DNA from: Chiloscyllium plagiosum
Lineage: Eukaryota
Assembly: GCF_004010195.1 (NCBI RefSeq)
Contig: NC_057754.1
Span: 11,662,008-11,700,357, forward strand
Direction: 5' to 3'
DNA: 38,350 nucleotides
Under the pieces are notes generated by a model that worked only from the letters and a program-made list of their open reading frames with translations, searched no databases and was not told where the DNA came from. Positions 1 to 12,110 of this stretch are shown one piece after another. The number at the start of each line of letters is the position of its first letter. Position 1 is the stretch's first letter. Position numbers and translations under genes: made by a program.

Positions 1-980
1 GTTAGCTTTTAATTCCATGTTTCTTTTTCCCCCCAACACCATTTCCCTGTGAAAACTGATTTCTTTCAGTTCCTCCATTTGTGTTACCCAGCATTTTAGG
101 AATATTATTTGTCATCCTTTGAAAGAACTAAAAAATGTGGTCAATTGTTCTGCATCTCATTATTTCACATTGTAACTTTCCCTGTTTCTGACTGTAAGGA
201 ACCTGTATTAATTTTCACTAACTTTTTTATGTACCGTTTTTAGAAGCCCTTACAATTAATCTGTTCCCTTTAAGTTCATTCTCAGACTTTTTTTTTCCCT
301 CTTAATCAATGCTTTAGTCCTCTTGCTGAAACCTGAACTTTGGTTAAAAAGAGCAGCAGACTTGAAGACAATTTGTATGCCCCATCCTTGGATCCAGTAC
401 TATCCCTAATATCCCTTGTTAGCCATGGCAGGGTCACATTTCCCATTTCATTTTGTTAGGCATTTGCAGTTCCTCTGAGTGGTCTTTAAAAGTTTGTGAT
501 TCCAATTTATTGTAGCCTAATTATATTTCATACCATTGTAATTTCCTCTGTTTAGATTTTGGCCCCTAGTCTCAGAATCAACTGTCACACTCCATCTTAA
601 TGAAGCATTCCATCACTTTTTTTCCCACAAGGTGCCTCACACAGCCAGATGACCAATTATTCCTTTCTCATTACTTAGGATCATAGGACTGCTCTCTCAT
701 TAGAAAGATGAGTAGTGGTGCTTTAACTTGAGGGTCACCATGCCTCAGGCAAGGGACAAGGTTCAGAACGTGGGACTTTGGTGGTGACCTCAGCTGGTAC
801 AGAAATTGAGCATGTGCTGTTGGTGTCATTCTGCATCCAACCAGCGTCCAGCCAACTGAGCTAAGCCATTTGGATCCTCAATGTATTGATTCAAATAAAT
901 CTACACACTCCAGGAATTTCTCCTGTACGGTATTTTTATGCTTTGATTTGCTCAATTTAGACACAGATTGGAGTCACCCA
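1..980 (-). mobile_element. Heavily decayed CR1-type LINE ORF2 fragment (endonuclease to RT-proximal region)
   Basis: Resembles other CR1 copies in the window (e.g. ctgtttctgactgtaaggaacc is the reverse complement of the ggtcccttacagtcagaaacag motif near 33702); no open frame; interrupted by a SINE. Confidence 0.6.
700..868 (-). mobile_element. tRNA-derived SINE (same family as 33037-33255)
   Basis: Reverse complement starts ttagctcagttggctgg (tRNA A-box-like head) and shares ggtgaccctcaagttaaagcaccac with the copy at 33037. Confidence 0.65.
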
Positions 981-2306
981 TAAGACCACCAGATAGTCAT
1001 TGAGATGTACAGCACAGAAACAGACCTTTCAGTCCGACTCATCCATGCTGATCAGGTGTCCTAAATAAATCTAGTCCTATTGGCCAGCATTTGGCCCATA
1101 TCCCTGTAAATTCTCTTATACCCATCCAGATGCTTTTTAAAATATAATTGTACAGGCCTCAATTTTCTCTGGCAACTCACTTCATACATGGAGCTGCATG
1201 AAAAAGTTGCCTCTTAGGTCCTTTTCTAAATTCTTCCCCTCTCACCTTAAATCTATGCCCTCTAGTTTTGGACTTGCCCACCCCAGGGAAAAGACCCTGT
1301 CTATTTACCCTATCCATGCCACTCGTGACTTTATGAACCTCTATAAGGTCACCCCTCAGCCTTTGATGCTCCAGAGAATATAGTCCCATTCTGTTCAGCC
1401 TCTCCAAATAGCTCAAACTCTCCAACCCTAGCAACATCCGTGTAAATCTTTTCTGGAACCCTTTCAAGTCTTGAGCATCCTTCCTGTGGCAGGGAGACCA
1501 GAATTACATGCAATATTCCAGAAGTGGCCGAACAGAGCTGCAACATGACTTTTTAACTTCTATACTCAATACACTGACCAATAAGTGCAAGCATACCAAA
1601 CTTCATCTTCACTATCCTACCTACCTGTGACTCCACTTTCAAGGAACTAAGAACCTGCAGTCCAAGGTCTCTTGTTCAGCAACACTCCCCAGAATGTGAC
1701 AATTAAGTGTATAAGTCCTGCCCTGATCTGCCTTGCCAAAATGCAACACCTCACACTTATCTAAATTAAACCCCGTCAACCGTGCATTGGCCCATCTGAT
1801 CAAAATCCCGTTGTAATCTGAGGTAACCTTTTTTGCTGTCTACTACACCTCCACTTTTGGTTTCATCTGCAACTTAGTGACCATACCATCTACGTTCACA
1901 TCCAAGTCACTTGTATAAATGATGAGAAGCAGTGAACCCAGCACTGATCCTTGTGGCGTACCACTAGTCATAGACTTCCACTCTGAAAGGCAACCCTCCA
2001 CCACCACCCTCTGTCTTCTACCTTCGAGTCAGCTCTATGTCCAAATGGCTAGTTCTCTCTGTATTTCATGTGATTTAACCTTGCTAACAAATCTACAATG
2101 AGGAACCTTGTCAAATGCCTTACTGAAGTCCACATGGATTATGCAATGCTCTGCCCTCATTAATCCTCTTCGTTACTTCCTTTAAAAAAAGACTCAATTA
2201 AATTTGAGATGTGATTTCCCATGCACAAAGCCTTGCTAACTATCCCTAACCAATCCTTGCCTTTCCAAATGTGGTACATCCTGTCCCTTGGGATTCCCTC
2301 CAACTT

Positions 2307-2509
2307 TGAGAGAAAGTGAGGGCTGCAGATGCTGGAGATCAGAGCTGAAAATGTGTTGCTGGAAAAGCGCAGCAGGTCAGGCAGCATCCAAGGAACAGGA
2401 GAATCGACGTTTCCTTCCTGAAGAAGGGCTTATGCCCGAAACGTCGATTCTCCTGTTCCTTGGATGCTGCCTGACCTGCTGCGCTTTTCCAGCAACACAT
2501 TTTCAGCTC
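2307..2509. mobile_element. Penelope-like element terminal fragment as a fold-back palindrome, inserted in CR1
   Basis: Perfect 72-bp inverted arms 2342-2413 and 2438-2509; 14-bp TSD attccctccaactt at 2293-2306 and 2510-2523. Confidence 0.85.
2416..2447 (+). ncRNA. Minimal type I hammerhead ribozyme motif (PLE-associated)
   Basis: CTGAAGA (2418-2424), extra A, stem II GGGC-ttat-GCCC, GAAAC, GTC cleavage triplet (2443-2445); palindromic ACGT in place of stem III. Confidence 0.7.
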
Positions 2510-2638
2510 ATTCCCTCCAACTTGCCCACCATTGATATCAGATTCACCGGTCTATAGTTCCCTGGTTTGTCCTTCTACCATTCTTAAACAGTGGCACCAT
2601 GTTAGCCAACCTCCAGTCTTCCAGCACCTCACCTGTGA

Positions 2639-3048
2639 ACATAGAACATAGAAAAATACAGCGCAGTACAGGCTCTTTGGCCCTCGATGTTGCGCCGATC
2701 CAAGCCCGCCTAACCTACACTCGCCCACTATCCTCCATTTGCCTATCCAATGCCCGTTTAAATGCCCATAAAGAGGGAGAGTCCACCACTGCTACTGGCA
2801 GGGCATTCCATGAACTCACGACTCGCTGAGTAAAGAATCTACCCCTAACATCTGTCCTATACCTACCACCCCTTAATTTAAAGCTATGCCCCCTCGTAAT
2901 AGCTGACTCCATACGTGGAAAAAGATTCTCATGGTCAACCCTATCTAAACCCCTAATCATCTTGTACACCTCTATCAAGTCACCCCTAAACCTTCTTTTC
3001 TCCAATGAAAACAGCCCACATTGCCTCAGCCTTTCCTCATACGATCTT
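2639..3048 (-). mobile_element. 5'-truncated CR1 3' end nested in an older CR1
   Basis: RSYEERLRQCGLFSLEKRRFRGDLIEVYKMIRG...FFTQRVV; atagaac repeat tail at about 2640; TSD cctgtga at 2632-2638 and 3049-3055. Confidence 0.85.
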
Positions 3049-4052
3049 CCTGTGACTATCAATAATACAAATATCTCAGACAGGGGCCCAGCAATCCCAT
3101 CCCTAGCTTCCCACAGATTGGGGGTACACCTGATTTCAGGGGATTTATCCACTTCTGTGTTTTAAGATGTCCAGCGCCACCTCTAATATGAACATTTTTC
3201 AGGATGTTGCTGTTTCCTTCTCCATGTATCCTTCTCCATGTTTATCTTCCATGTCCTCCTCCACAGCAAACACTGATGCAAAATACTTGTTTAGTATCTC
3301 CCCCAAGATTGACTTGCTGATCTTTAAGGTGTCCTATTTTCTCTCAAGTTAGCCTTTTTGTCCTTCATGTATTTGTAGAATTTCTTTTTTGGATTCTCCT
3401 TAACCCTATTTACCAAAGCTATGTCATGTTCCCTTTTTGCCCTCCTGACTTCCCACTTAAGAATACTCCCACTCCCTTTGTACTCTTTGAGGGAATCACC
3501 TGATCTCTGCTGTCTATACCTGACATATGCTTCTTTCTTAGTATTGATCAAAACCTCAATTTCCCTCATCATCCAGTCTTGCCCTTTAGCCTAACAGGAA
3601 CATACTGTCTCTGGACTCTCATTTTTGAATGCTTCCCATTTTTCTAGCTGTCCCTTCACCTGTGAATATCTGCCCTCAATCAACTTGTGAAAGGTCTCAT
3701 CTCATACTGTCACACTTGGCCTTCCTCCAGTTTAGAACTTTAACCTTTAGATCCAGTCTATCCTTTTCCACCACTACTTTAAAAGTAACAGAATTATGGT
3801 CACTGGCCCCAAAGTGTCATCTTATTTCCCAAGGGTAGATCAATACACTAGTATTTATATCTATATAGTGAATCAGAAAAGTTTCTTATACACACTTAAC
3901 AAATTCCTCTCTATCCGATCCTTTAACACTTTGGCAGTCCCGATCTATGTTCGGAAAGTTAAAATCCTCTACCATAACCACCTTATTCTTACAGATAACA
4001 GATCTCCGAAGAAATGTCTCAATTTCCTGCTGACTATTGGGCAGTATATAGT

Positions 4053-4240
4053 ACAAGGAGAAAGTGAAGACCATCTACATCTACCCATGATCCGCCTTTC
4101 CACCTACCTTCACCCCCAACTCCATTATTTATCTCTCAGCCACCTTGCCTTTTCACATTCCTGATGAAGGGCTTATACCTGACACATTGACTTTCCTGCT
4201 TCTTGGATGTTGCCTGACCTGTTGTGCTTTTCCAGTGCCA
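4053..4240 (+). mobile_element. PLE terminal fragment with degenerate hammerhead
   Basis: cctgatgaagggcttatacctgacac at about 4160-4185, followed by the same tail as 2446-2495; short inverted end ggagaaagtgaagac at about 4056. Confidence 0.7.
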
Positions 4241-7200
4241 GTTGGCCCATTGAGTCTGCTCCACCGTTTGATCATAAATGATGTTTCTTGACCCCATTCT
4301 CCTGTCTTCTACTTGCTTTTGGAACTATTGATCCCCTTACCAATCAAGTCCTAACTATCTCTATCTTGAACACACTCAATGACTTGGTGTCCACAGCCGT
4401 CTAAAGCAATGAATTCCATGGAATCACCACCCTGTGGCTGAAGAAACTCTTCCTCGTTTCAATTCTGATGGGCATCTCTTCACACTCAGATTGTGCACTT
4501 GGATTCTAGTCTCTATGGAGATAGGCCCTTTTGGACCAAACTGTTCCATGCTGACCAAAATGTCCATCCACGTTAACCCCATTTCCCTGCACTTGGCCCA
4601 TGTCTTTCTAAGCCTTTTCTATCCACATACCTATCCAAATGCCTTTTAAATGTTGTTGATATACCTGCCTCAACCACTTCTGGCAACTCATTCCGTATGC
4701 TTACCATCCTCTGCGTAAATAAAATGGCCCCTCTTTCCCTTATCTTCAATTGTTGCCCTCTAGTCCTCAATTCCTCAACCCTGGGAAAGAAGATGGAGTG
4801 CATTCACCCTATTCATGCCTCTCATGATCTCATACACTTCCATAAGATCCCCCTCAGTCTCCATGCTCTGAAGAAAAACTCCTAATCTGTCCAACCTCTC
4901 CCTATAACTCAGACAGTCGAGTCCTTGCAACATCCTTGTATTTTTTATTATTCATTCTTTCCAGTTTGATAATATCCTTCCTATAACAAGGTGACCAAAC
5001 AGAACACAATGCTCCAAGTGTGGCCTCAGTGTCCCGTACAACTGTAACATAACTTCCCAACTTTTATACTCAGTGCTCTGACTGATGGCCAGTGTGCCAA
5101 AAGCCGCCTTCACTGCTCTGTCGACCTGTGACTCCACTTTCAGAGAACTGTGCACCTGAACCCCAAGGTCCCTCTGTTCCAATACACTCGTTTAAGGCCG
5201 TACCATTCACCGTGAATCTGCTAGCTTGATTTGAATTTTCAAAACGCAAGACCTCACATGTATCTATATTAAACTCCATTTGCCACTTTTTGGCCCAGTT
5301 CCCCAGCTGATCAAGGTCCTACTGCAATTTCTGAACCTTCTTCACTGTCCACAATACTGCATACTTTATTGTCATCTGCAAATGTACTAATCATGCTTTG
5401 TACATTCTCATCCAAATCATTGATATCGATATCAAACAGCAATGGGCCCAGTACCGACCCATGAGGCACTCCACTACTCACAGGCATCCAGTCTGACAAG
5501 CATCCTTCCAGTATTAACCTTTGCTTCTTATCATCAAGCCACTTGTGTATCCAATTTGCCAGCTTCCCCTGGATTCCATGTGATTGAACTTTCCAGAGCA
5601 GTCTACCATTGGAACCTTGTCAAAGGCCTTACTGAAATCCATATACACTACCATACTGCCCTGCCCTTGTCAACCTTCCTGGTCTCCTCATTAAAGAACT
5701 TTACCAAATTTGTGAGGCATGATTCCTCACGCACAAAGCCATGCTGTCTCCTCCTAATCAAACGCTGTCTTTCCAAATGCCTGTATATCTTATCCCACAG
5801 AATCTTCTCAAGTAAATTTACCTATCATAAATGTTAGGCTTACTGGTCTATAGTTCCCAGGTTTTTCTTTGCAGCACTATTTGAATAAGAACACAATATT
5901 CACTCCCCTCCAGTTTTCTGGGAACCTTACCTGTGGCTAACGATAATGCAAAAATATCACAATTTCTTCTCTAGCCCCTTGCAGTGTTCTTTGGATATAT
6001 TTGCTCAGGCCCAGGAGATTTATTTCCCCTTCACATGTTCTAATATATTCAACACCACCTCTACTGTGTTATGGACTGTCCCCCAAGGTATCACCACTAA
6101 CTTCCCCAAGCCTTTGTCTTTCTCCATGGTAAACACAGGAGAAATATTCATGGTGAATCTCAGCCCCTCCATGTGGTTTGACACATCCATGTCCACTCTG
6201 GTCCTTGAGGGGTACTATTTTCTCTGTAGTTATTCTTTTTCCTTTAACATAGTTACAGAACCACTTTGGATTCACCCTAATCCAAGCCAAGGCTATCTCG
6301 TGCCCACTTTTTGCTGTCCTGATTTCCTCCTTCAGTAAGCTCCTGTATCACCTATATACCTCCAGGGATTCCCTTGATCTCAGCTGCCTGTAGCTGAGCC
6401 ATATCTTCTTTTTTCTGGTCAAAGCCTCAATATCTCTTGTCATCCAGGGATCCCTATTCCTGCCAACCTTGCTCTTTACCCTCACAGAAACATATAGACC
6501 TTGAACTCTAGCTATCTCATTTTAAAGGCCTTCCACTTGCCGGAGTCCCATTTGCCTGCAAACAAACTACTCCAATCAACCCCTGTAAGTTCCTGTCTAA
6601 TTCCATTGAAATTTACTTTGCCCCAAGTTAGGACTTGAACCTTAGACCAGTTTTGTCCCTGTCCATAACTTCTATAAAATTAATAGAACTATGGGCATGA
6701 GTCCTAATATGTTTCCCCACTGTTACCTCCATCACTTGTCCTGCCCTACTTCCCAAGAGTAGGTAGAGTTTTGCCCCTTCCTGAGTAGGACCCTCTATAT
6801 ACTGCTTGAGGAAACTTTGCTGAATGCACTTAACAACTTCCACCCCATCTAAGTCCTTAACGCTATGGCCGTTTCAGTCTGTGATAGGAAAATAAAATCC
6901 TCTGCTCTGACAACTCTATATTGCTCCTGCAAGTCTCCCCAGTCTTCCTATATATTTGTTCTTCTAATGTTTGTTGAAATTTGGGGGCTTATGGTACAAC
7001 ACTAAAGTCACTGTCCCCTTAGCTCCACCCACAAAGCCTCAATTGGATGATCCCTAGTTATTTAATCTGATGACTGCTGTTATACTTGTCTTAATCAAAA
7101 ATACAACTCCCCCTCCCCTCCTTCCACCACCCCTGTCCTGCCCAAAATCTGTACCCTGGCACATTAAGCTGCTGGTGCTCTCCCGCCCATAGCCATGTTT

Positions 7201-7740
7201 CTGTAATGGCTATAATATCCCAGGTCCACATACCTAACCACTTCGAGATCATTGACCTAGCCTGTCAGCTGCCTTGCATTGAATTAGATGAGATTTAATT
7301 TTGCACCCTGTTGTGTTCCAGCCTGACCTGTTCTTCAACTGATTATTTCTGATTACTGTATCTCCTTTCAGCCTCACGCTTGCCTCCCTGCTGTTAAGGA
7401 TGCACCCCCGCCAATCTAGTTTAAATCTTCCCTGCCAGTACTAGCAAACCTGGCCACCAAGATATTGGTCCCCCTCCAGTTCAGGTGCAACTTGTCCCTC
7501 TTGAACAGGTCACCTCTGTCCCAGAGAAAATCTGATCTAAAAATCTGAATCCCTGCACCAATTACTGAGCCACACCTTCATCTGCCATATACTCATGTTC
7601 TTACCCTCACTATCACGTGGAACTGGAAGGAATCCAGAGATTATCACCTACGAAAGCTTGGAAATAAGTTAAAAACCAAACTCTCTGTAATCACACTGCA
7701 GGACATAATCTCTATTTCTACCTATGTCATTAGTGCATGT
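4241..7740 (-). mobile_element. CR1 LINE(s): a 3' fragment followed by a long decayed copy from the 3' tail to the ORF1 end
   Basis: [30 protein letters not shown] (RT domains 5-6); QRDLGVQVHSSLK; FLKQYIEGPTQEGAKL (endonuclease). Confidence 0.9.
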
Positions 7741-8199
7741 TTAGCACTACTTGTCAACAGGCCCATGACTATCTACTATGCAGTGCAGGTGACAACTTTC
7801 AGGCTGTAATGTATGTGTCAGGATGATGCCTCTCTCTCTCTTGCCCACTCTCTGCTGTTGAAACATCTTCTCCACCTCCATTCTATCCAGGCCTCTGTGT
7901 TCTTTAAATTTCGATCATGTCCTCCTGTTACTTCTAAACTCTGTTGGACCCAAGACTGGAGTCCTCAACTGCTCCTAGTATGACAAGACCTTAATCCCTG
8001 CGATCATTCTTGTCAACCCTCTATGAATCCCCTTCAAAGCCAGCACAACTTCCTTAGATATTGGGCCCAAAACTGCACACAATATTCCAAATATGGTCTG
8101 ATTGGAGCAGATATAGCCTCAGCTGTACGTCTCTGCTTTTGTATTCTAAGACCCTTTTGAAATAAATGTTAAAATGGCATTTGCCTTCTGAACTGCCAG

Positions 8200-8540
8200 A
8201 CATGATGGTCTTCCACATTCCTGATGGCAATGGTTAAATTCGTTAAGTTGGATGATGCCATCAGCACCCATACAGGATGACCAGTGGGCTGCCAAAAGAA
8301 TGTGGAAGCTGAATGTGAAATTGTTGCCCCAGAAAGATTGGGGGAAACCCCTCTTTGACTCTCAAGCAGACTGGTGGGAAACAGTCAAGAGGAACATCAA
8401 GGTTTTTCATCCTCAAATATGTTCAGAAGGTGAGAGAGATGGGGCAAAACTGTTCAAACTCCAGAAACGCATGCAGAACCTATTGCTGCTGCAGACAATG
8501 GGGATCGATGTCACTGAGGATCTCCATGGGATGAAGACAT
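8200..8540 (+). mobile_element. Tx1/L1-clade LINE ORF2 fragment just after the endonuclease domain
   Basis: MWKLNVKLL...DWWETVKRNIKVF matches the WKLN and WWE..K..IK motifs of Tx1/L1 ORF2. Confidence 0.65.
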
Positions 8541-9090
8541 TGATAGGGTCACTTATGGAATATAGTGTGCAATTCTGGGCTCCCTCCTGTGGAAAGATGT
8601 TGTGACCCTTGAAAGGGTCAGAAAAGATTTACAAGGATATTGCCAGGATTGGAGGGTTTGAGCTATAAAGATAGACTGGGGCTGTTTTCTCTGGAGCATT
8701 GGAGGCTGAAGGGTGACCTTAGAGATGTTTATCCTTTTCATGCTCATTATTTTATAAACAGACAAGGTCTTTTCCCTTGGAAGTCAAGAACTAGAGGGTT
8801 TAGGGTGGTGGGGGGAGGAAGTGAGGAAGATTAAAAAGGGACCTAAGAGGCAACTACTTCATGCAGGGGGTAGTACGTGCATGGAATGAGCTGTCGGAGG
8901 AAGTGGTGGAGGGTAGTACAATTAGAGCATTTAAAAGGCATCTGGATGGATTTATGACTAGGAAAGGTTTAGAGGGATATCAGCCAAGTGTTGGCAAATG
9001 GAACTACATTAGGTTAGGATATGTAGTTGGCATGGATGAGTTGGACCAAAGGGTCTGTTTCCATGCTGTACATATCTATGATTCCATGAC
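8540..9090 (+). mobile_element. CR1 3' fragment
   Basis: EYSVQFWAP, LEGLSYKDRLGLFSLE, VVRAWNELSEEVVE; tail ctatgattccatgac. Confidence 0.85.
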
Positions 9091-9099
9091 GCCCCTTAT

Positions 9100-9700
9100 T
9101 AACCTTATGAACACCAAGTCCCCTTGTGCTTAATTCTGAAGCCTCACCATTCAGAGAATAGTCTACACCTCCACTCTTCTGACAAGGTGCATAATCTCTC
9201 TTTCCCACATCATATTCCATCTGTCTCTTTGCCCACTCATTAGCCTGTTCCAAGTCATCCCCAGCCTCCCCGCTTCCTCAATACTACCTGTCCCTCCACC
9301 TACCTTTTGTCAACTGCAAGCTTAGCAACCATGTCCTCAGTTCCTTCATCAAAATTGTTAGTGTATAACATGAATAATTACAGTCCCAACACTGACTCCT
9401 GCAGAACTTCATGAGTACCAGTTACCATCCTGAAAAAGACCTCTTTATCCCTACTTGCTACCTTCTGCCAGTCAGCTTGTCCTCCATCCATGCCAGTACA
9501 TTGCCACTAACACCATGGCCTCCTGTTCTGCACTTCATCAAATGCCTTCTGGAAATTCAAAATTATCACATCCAGTGGCTCTCCTTTTGAAGAGGTAACC
9601 AACAAGTTAGACAAAGAATTCTAATATTTTTAGGTGTAACTTCCTCCTGACAAAGCCATGCTGACTCTGCCCTGTTTTACCATGCACCTCCACGTACTCT
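9100..9700 (-). mobile_element. CR1 RT fragment
   Basis: EWAKRQMEYDVGK; antisense FQKAFD motif (catcaaatgccttctggaaa). Confidence 0.7.
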
Positions 9701-10660
9701 GCATCAAACTGTGCATAGACCATCAGTGTACAAACACCAAGTGTTCCCACTTACTGAGGTTGTACCTGTCCCTGGCAGTATGAAGGAAAGGTTGAGCCTC
9801 CAAATAGTTGGATTGTCCCATATCACCTGTCCCTTGGAATTAGTGCAGGGGAAACCCCTTTGACTAGTCCATCAGGAAGTGGTTTGCATGTAGTGTCCTT
9901 AAGACCTTTCGGGAAAAGGAGAGGATTGATCTTGTTGGGAAGTTCCCTGAACACAGTCATTTCTGGTGATGAGACATTCAGCCAAAGTTTTCCAACAAGC
10001 ACCAAGATGTTGCTTGGCTGGTGGTGAGAAGGGCACTCCCTGTGAGATCCTTCATGGATGCGCAGACTCTGCATCACAACACAATGCCATTAAAATGACT
10101 GCATCCAGGGTGAGACTGTCTCACACCACCTGCTGGAATGTGCCTTTGCAAAGGAAGTCTAGAAGAAGATGCAGTGGTTTATGTCAAGGTTTGTCCTGAG
10201 CAGCTCTGACGCAGGACTCTGTGCTCTACAGTCTGTTCCCTGAGATGCACACTGAGACAAACATGTGCCTGAAGGACCATCAACTCAGTGAAAGAATCTC
10301 TTTGGTCTGCCTGAAACTTGTTGGTCTTCCAGATGAAAGAGTTAACCTTAACCAAGTGTTACAGATTGGCACAAACTACTACTGAGGGATGCAGTAAAGT
10401 TTCTGGCAGTTGCTGCTAAGGCACAGTGAGGAACTACTGTGAGGCCTTTCTGCCAAAGGACAATAGGGGTCAGTTCTCTTATTGGACCCTCCCGATGCCT
10501 CAGATGTAAATAGGTCCCAGTACTCAGCTTAATCAGAAATGCATTCAGGTTAGTTGGAACTGTTGAGCAAGTCAAACTCCAATGTTTCTCTTTGCACATA
10601 AAAAATGTATCAATCTGAATTGCTTTAGTAACTATGTACACAAAGATTTCCTTTGGCAAA
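9700..10660 (+). mobile_element. Tx1/L1-clade LINE ORF2 C-terminus (zinc-knuckle region) and probable 3' UTR
   Basis: SNKHQDVAWLVVRRALPVRSFM from 9991 and ETVSHHLLECAFAKEV from 10112; probably the same element as 8200-8540, split by CR1 insertions. Confidence 0.7.
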
Positions 10661-11051
10661 ACAAATTCTGAATAGTTCTAATCTAACTTGCATCAAATTT
10701 TATAACTGGGACATGAGCAAGGCTAAAGAGGCTAGCATTCACTGCTGTGACCATTCTCCCACAGTATTGCTCAGTGAGGAGTTGCAGGATTGTCAGGCAG
10801 CAGCTATAAAGAAACAGCAAGATGTTTCCACAAGAGGACATTGTATGCCTGGGAGGAGGAAGGTTTATAGGCGATGATTCCCCATACATTCTGCTTTTGA
10901 CCTTTCTTTTTGAAGGAATGATTTGTCACAGTTATTCCTGTGATGTAGATGGAGGAAACAGTTTCCTTAAGTATCCCACTGCTCTCACTGTCTCTACTCT
11001 TATTGTGGAGGTCAGTGTTGGATTGGGTGGATAATGTTTTAAAAAAAACAC

Positions 11052-11125
11052 CAGCGGCATTCCAAAAGCTAGTGCTTCCATACAAACCTGTTGGACTATA
11101 ACCTGGTGTTGTGATTTTAAAAAAA
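11052..11125 (+). mobile_element. Short terminal fragment of a second PLE family
   Basis: aaagctagtgcttccatacaaacctgttggactataacctggtgttgtg is shared with 13075-13122 and, inverted, with 18822-18875. Confidence 0.55.
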
Positions 11126-11162
11126 AAGTTTCAGCTTTCTCACCTTATTGAGGGCTGAGTCT

Positions 11163-11485
11163 TAGATTTCACAGAATCTCTACAGCATGTAAACAGGCTC
11201 TTTGGCCCTACAAGTCCACACCAACCCTTAGTATCCCACCCAAACCCATTCTGCATTACTCTACTCTACATTTACCCCTAATCTACACCCTGATTAGGGG
11301 TGAACACTACACTATAGGCAACTTAGCATGGCCAATACACCTAAACTGCACATCTTTGGATTGTGGGAGGAAACTAGAGTACCTGGAGGAGAATACGTGC
11401 AAACTCCACACAGTCACCCGAGGCTGGAATTGAACCTAGGTCCCTGGTGCTGTGAGGCTGCATTACTAAACACCTGAGCAACTGG
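11163..11485 (-). mobile_element. HE1-type tRNA-derived V-SINE, diverged
   Basis: Colinear with the 25064-25382 copy (tgtggagtttgcac core, ggttcaattcc B box). Confidence 0.85.
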
Positions 11486-11489
11486 GTCC

Positions 11490-11765
11490 CCGTCCCTGAA
11501 GGACATTCATGAACTGGTTGGGTTTTTATGACAGCTGAAAATGTGTTGCTGGAAAAGTGCAGCAGGTCAGGCAGTGTCCAAGGAGCAGGAGAATCAACGT
11601 TTTGGGCTCATGCCCAAAACGTCGATTCTCCTGCTCCTTGGACGCTGCCTGACCTGCTGCACTTTTCTAGCAACACATTTTCAGCTCTAATCTCCAGCAG
11701 CTGCAGTCCTCACTTTCTCCTAGGGGCTTTTATGACAATCCAGTAACTTTTCATGGTCACTATTT
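11490..11765 (-). mobile_element. Deu-core SINE fragment interrupted by a PLE
   Basis: Reverse complement gtgaccatgaaaag...ttgtcataaaa...atgtccttcaggga matches the copy at 23570-23635. Confidence 0.55.
11534..11727. mobile_element. PLE fold-back palindrome insertion
   Basis: About 75-bp inverted arms 11533-11607 and 11612-11686 around a 4-nt loop (tcat); TSD ttttatgaca at 11524-11533 and 11728-11737. Confidence 0.85.
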
Positions 11766-11844
11766 GAGTATTTTTCTCCATTTCACTACCTGCTTTTACT
11801 GTCTTAAACAGTTCTCTCTTTCTCATTACTCATCTTTTCCTGAT

Positions 11845-11861
11845 TTAAATTTGTTTTACAG
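11845..11861 (+). promoter_or_regulatory. Candidate splice acceptor for the zinc-finger exon
   Basis: Pyrimidine-rich tract ending ttgttttacag, upstream of the ZF ORF; position analogous to the acceptor of the second ZF gene. Confidence 0.5.
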
Positions 11862-12110
11862 AGAATCACGGAGGCACATTCACGAGCAAGAATTCCAAAC
11901 AAACATCCCATCAAGATCTGAATGTGAAAACCATTGGATATTCTGTTTTTTTTTGTGGGGGGAAAAATTACAAACATCAGTGTGACTGGAAATGGACAAA
12001 GACACATCCACAGTTGAGTTCTGGCGAACTGTCTGTGGCCAGGTCTTGAACCAGTTCCACAGCCTGAATAATATCACACTGTGGAGAGAGACTGTATCCC
12101 TGTCTTGTGT

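Larger units (their letters stand above)
990..4050 (-). mobile_element. CR1/HER1-type LINE, decayed ORF2 plus 3' tail, with nested insertions
   Basis: Minus ORFs give QKRFTRML..LSYLERL..LRGDLIEV..TRGHRFKV (CR1 ORF2 C-terminus) and VVMVEDFNFPNID (APE endonuclease); 3' tail near 990-1100. Confidence 0.9.

Noticed and set aside
2342..2509. Palindrome as a DNA-transposon MITE or a microRNA gene
   Set aside because: The arms are not terminal (one end has an unpaired 35-bp extension), TSDs are long and vary between copies, and single-arm copies exist; this fits PLE retrotransposition
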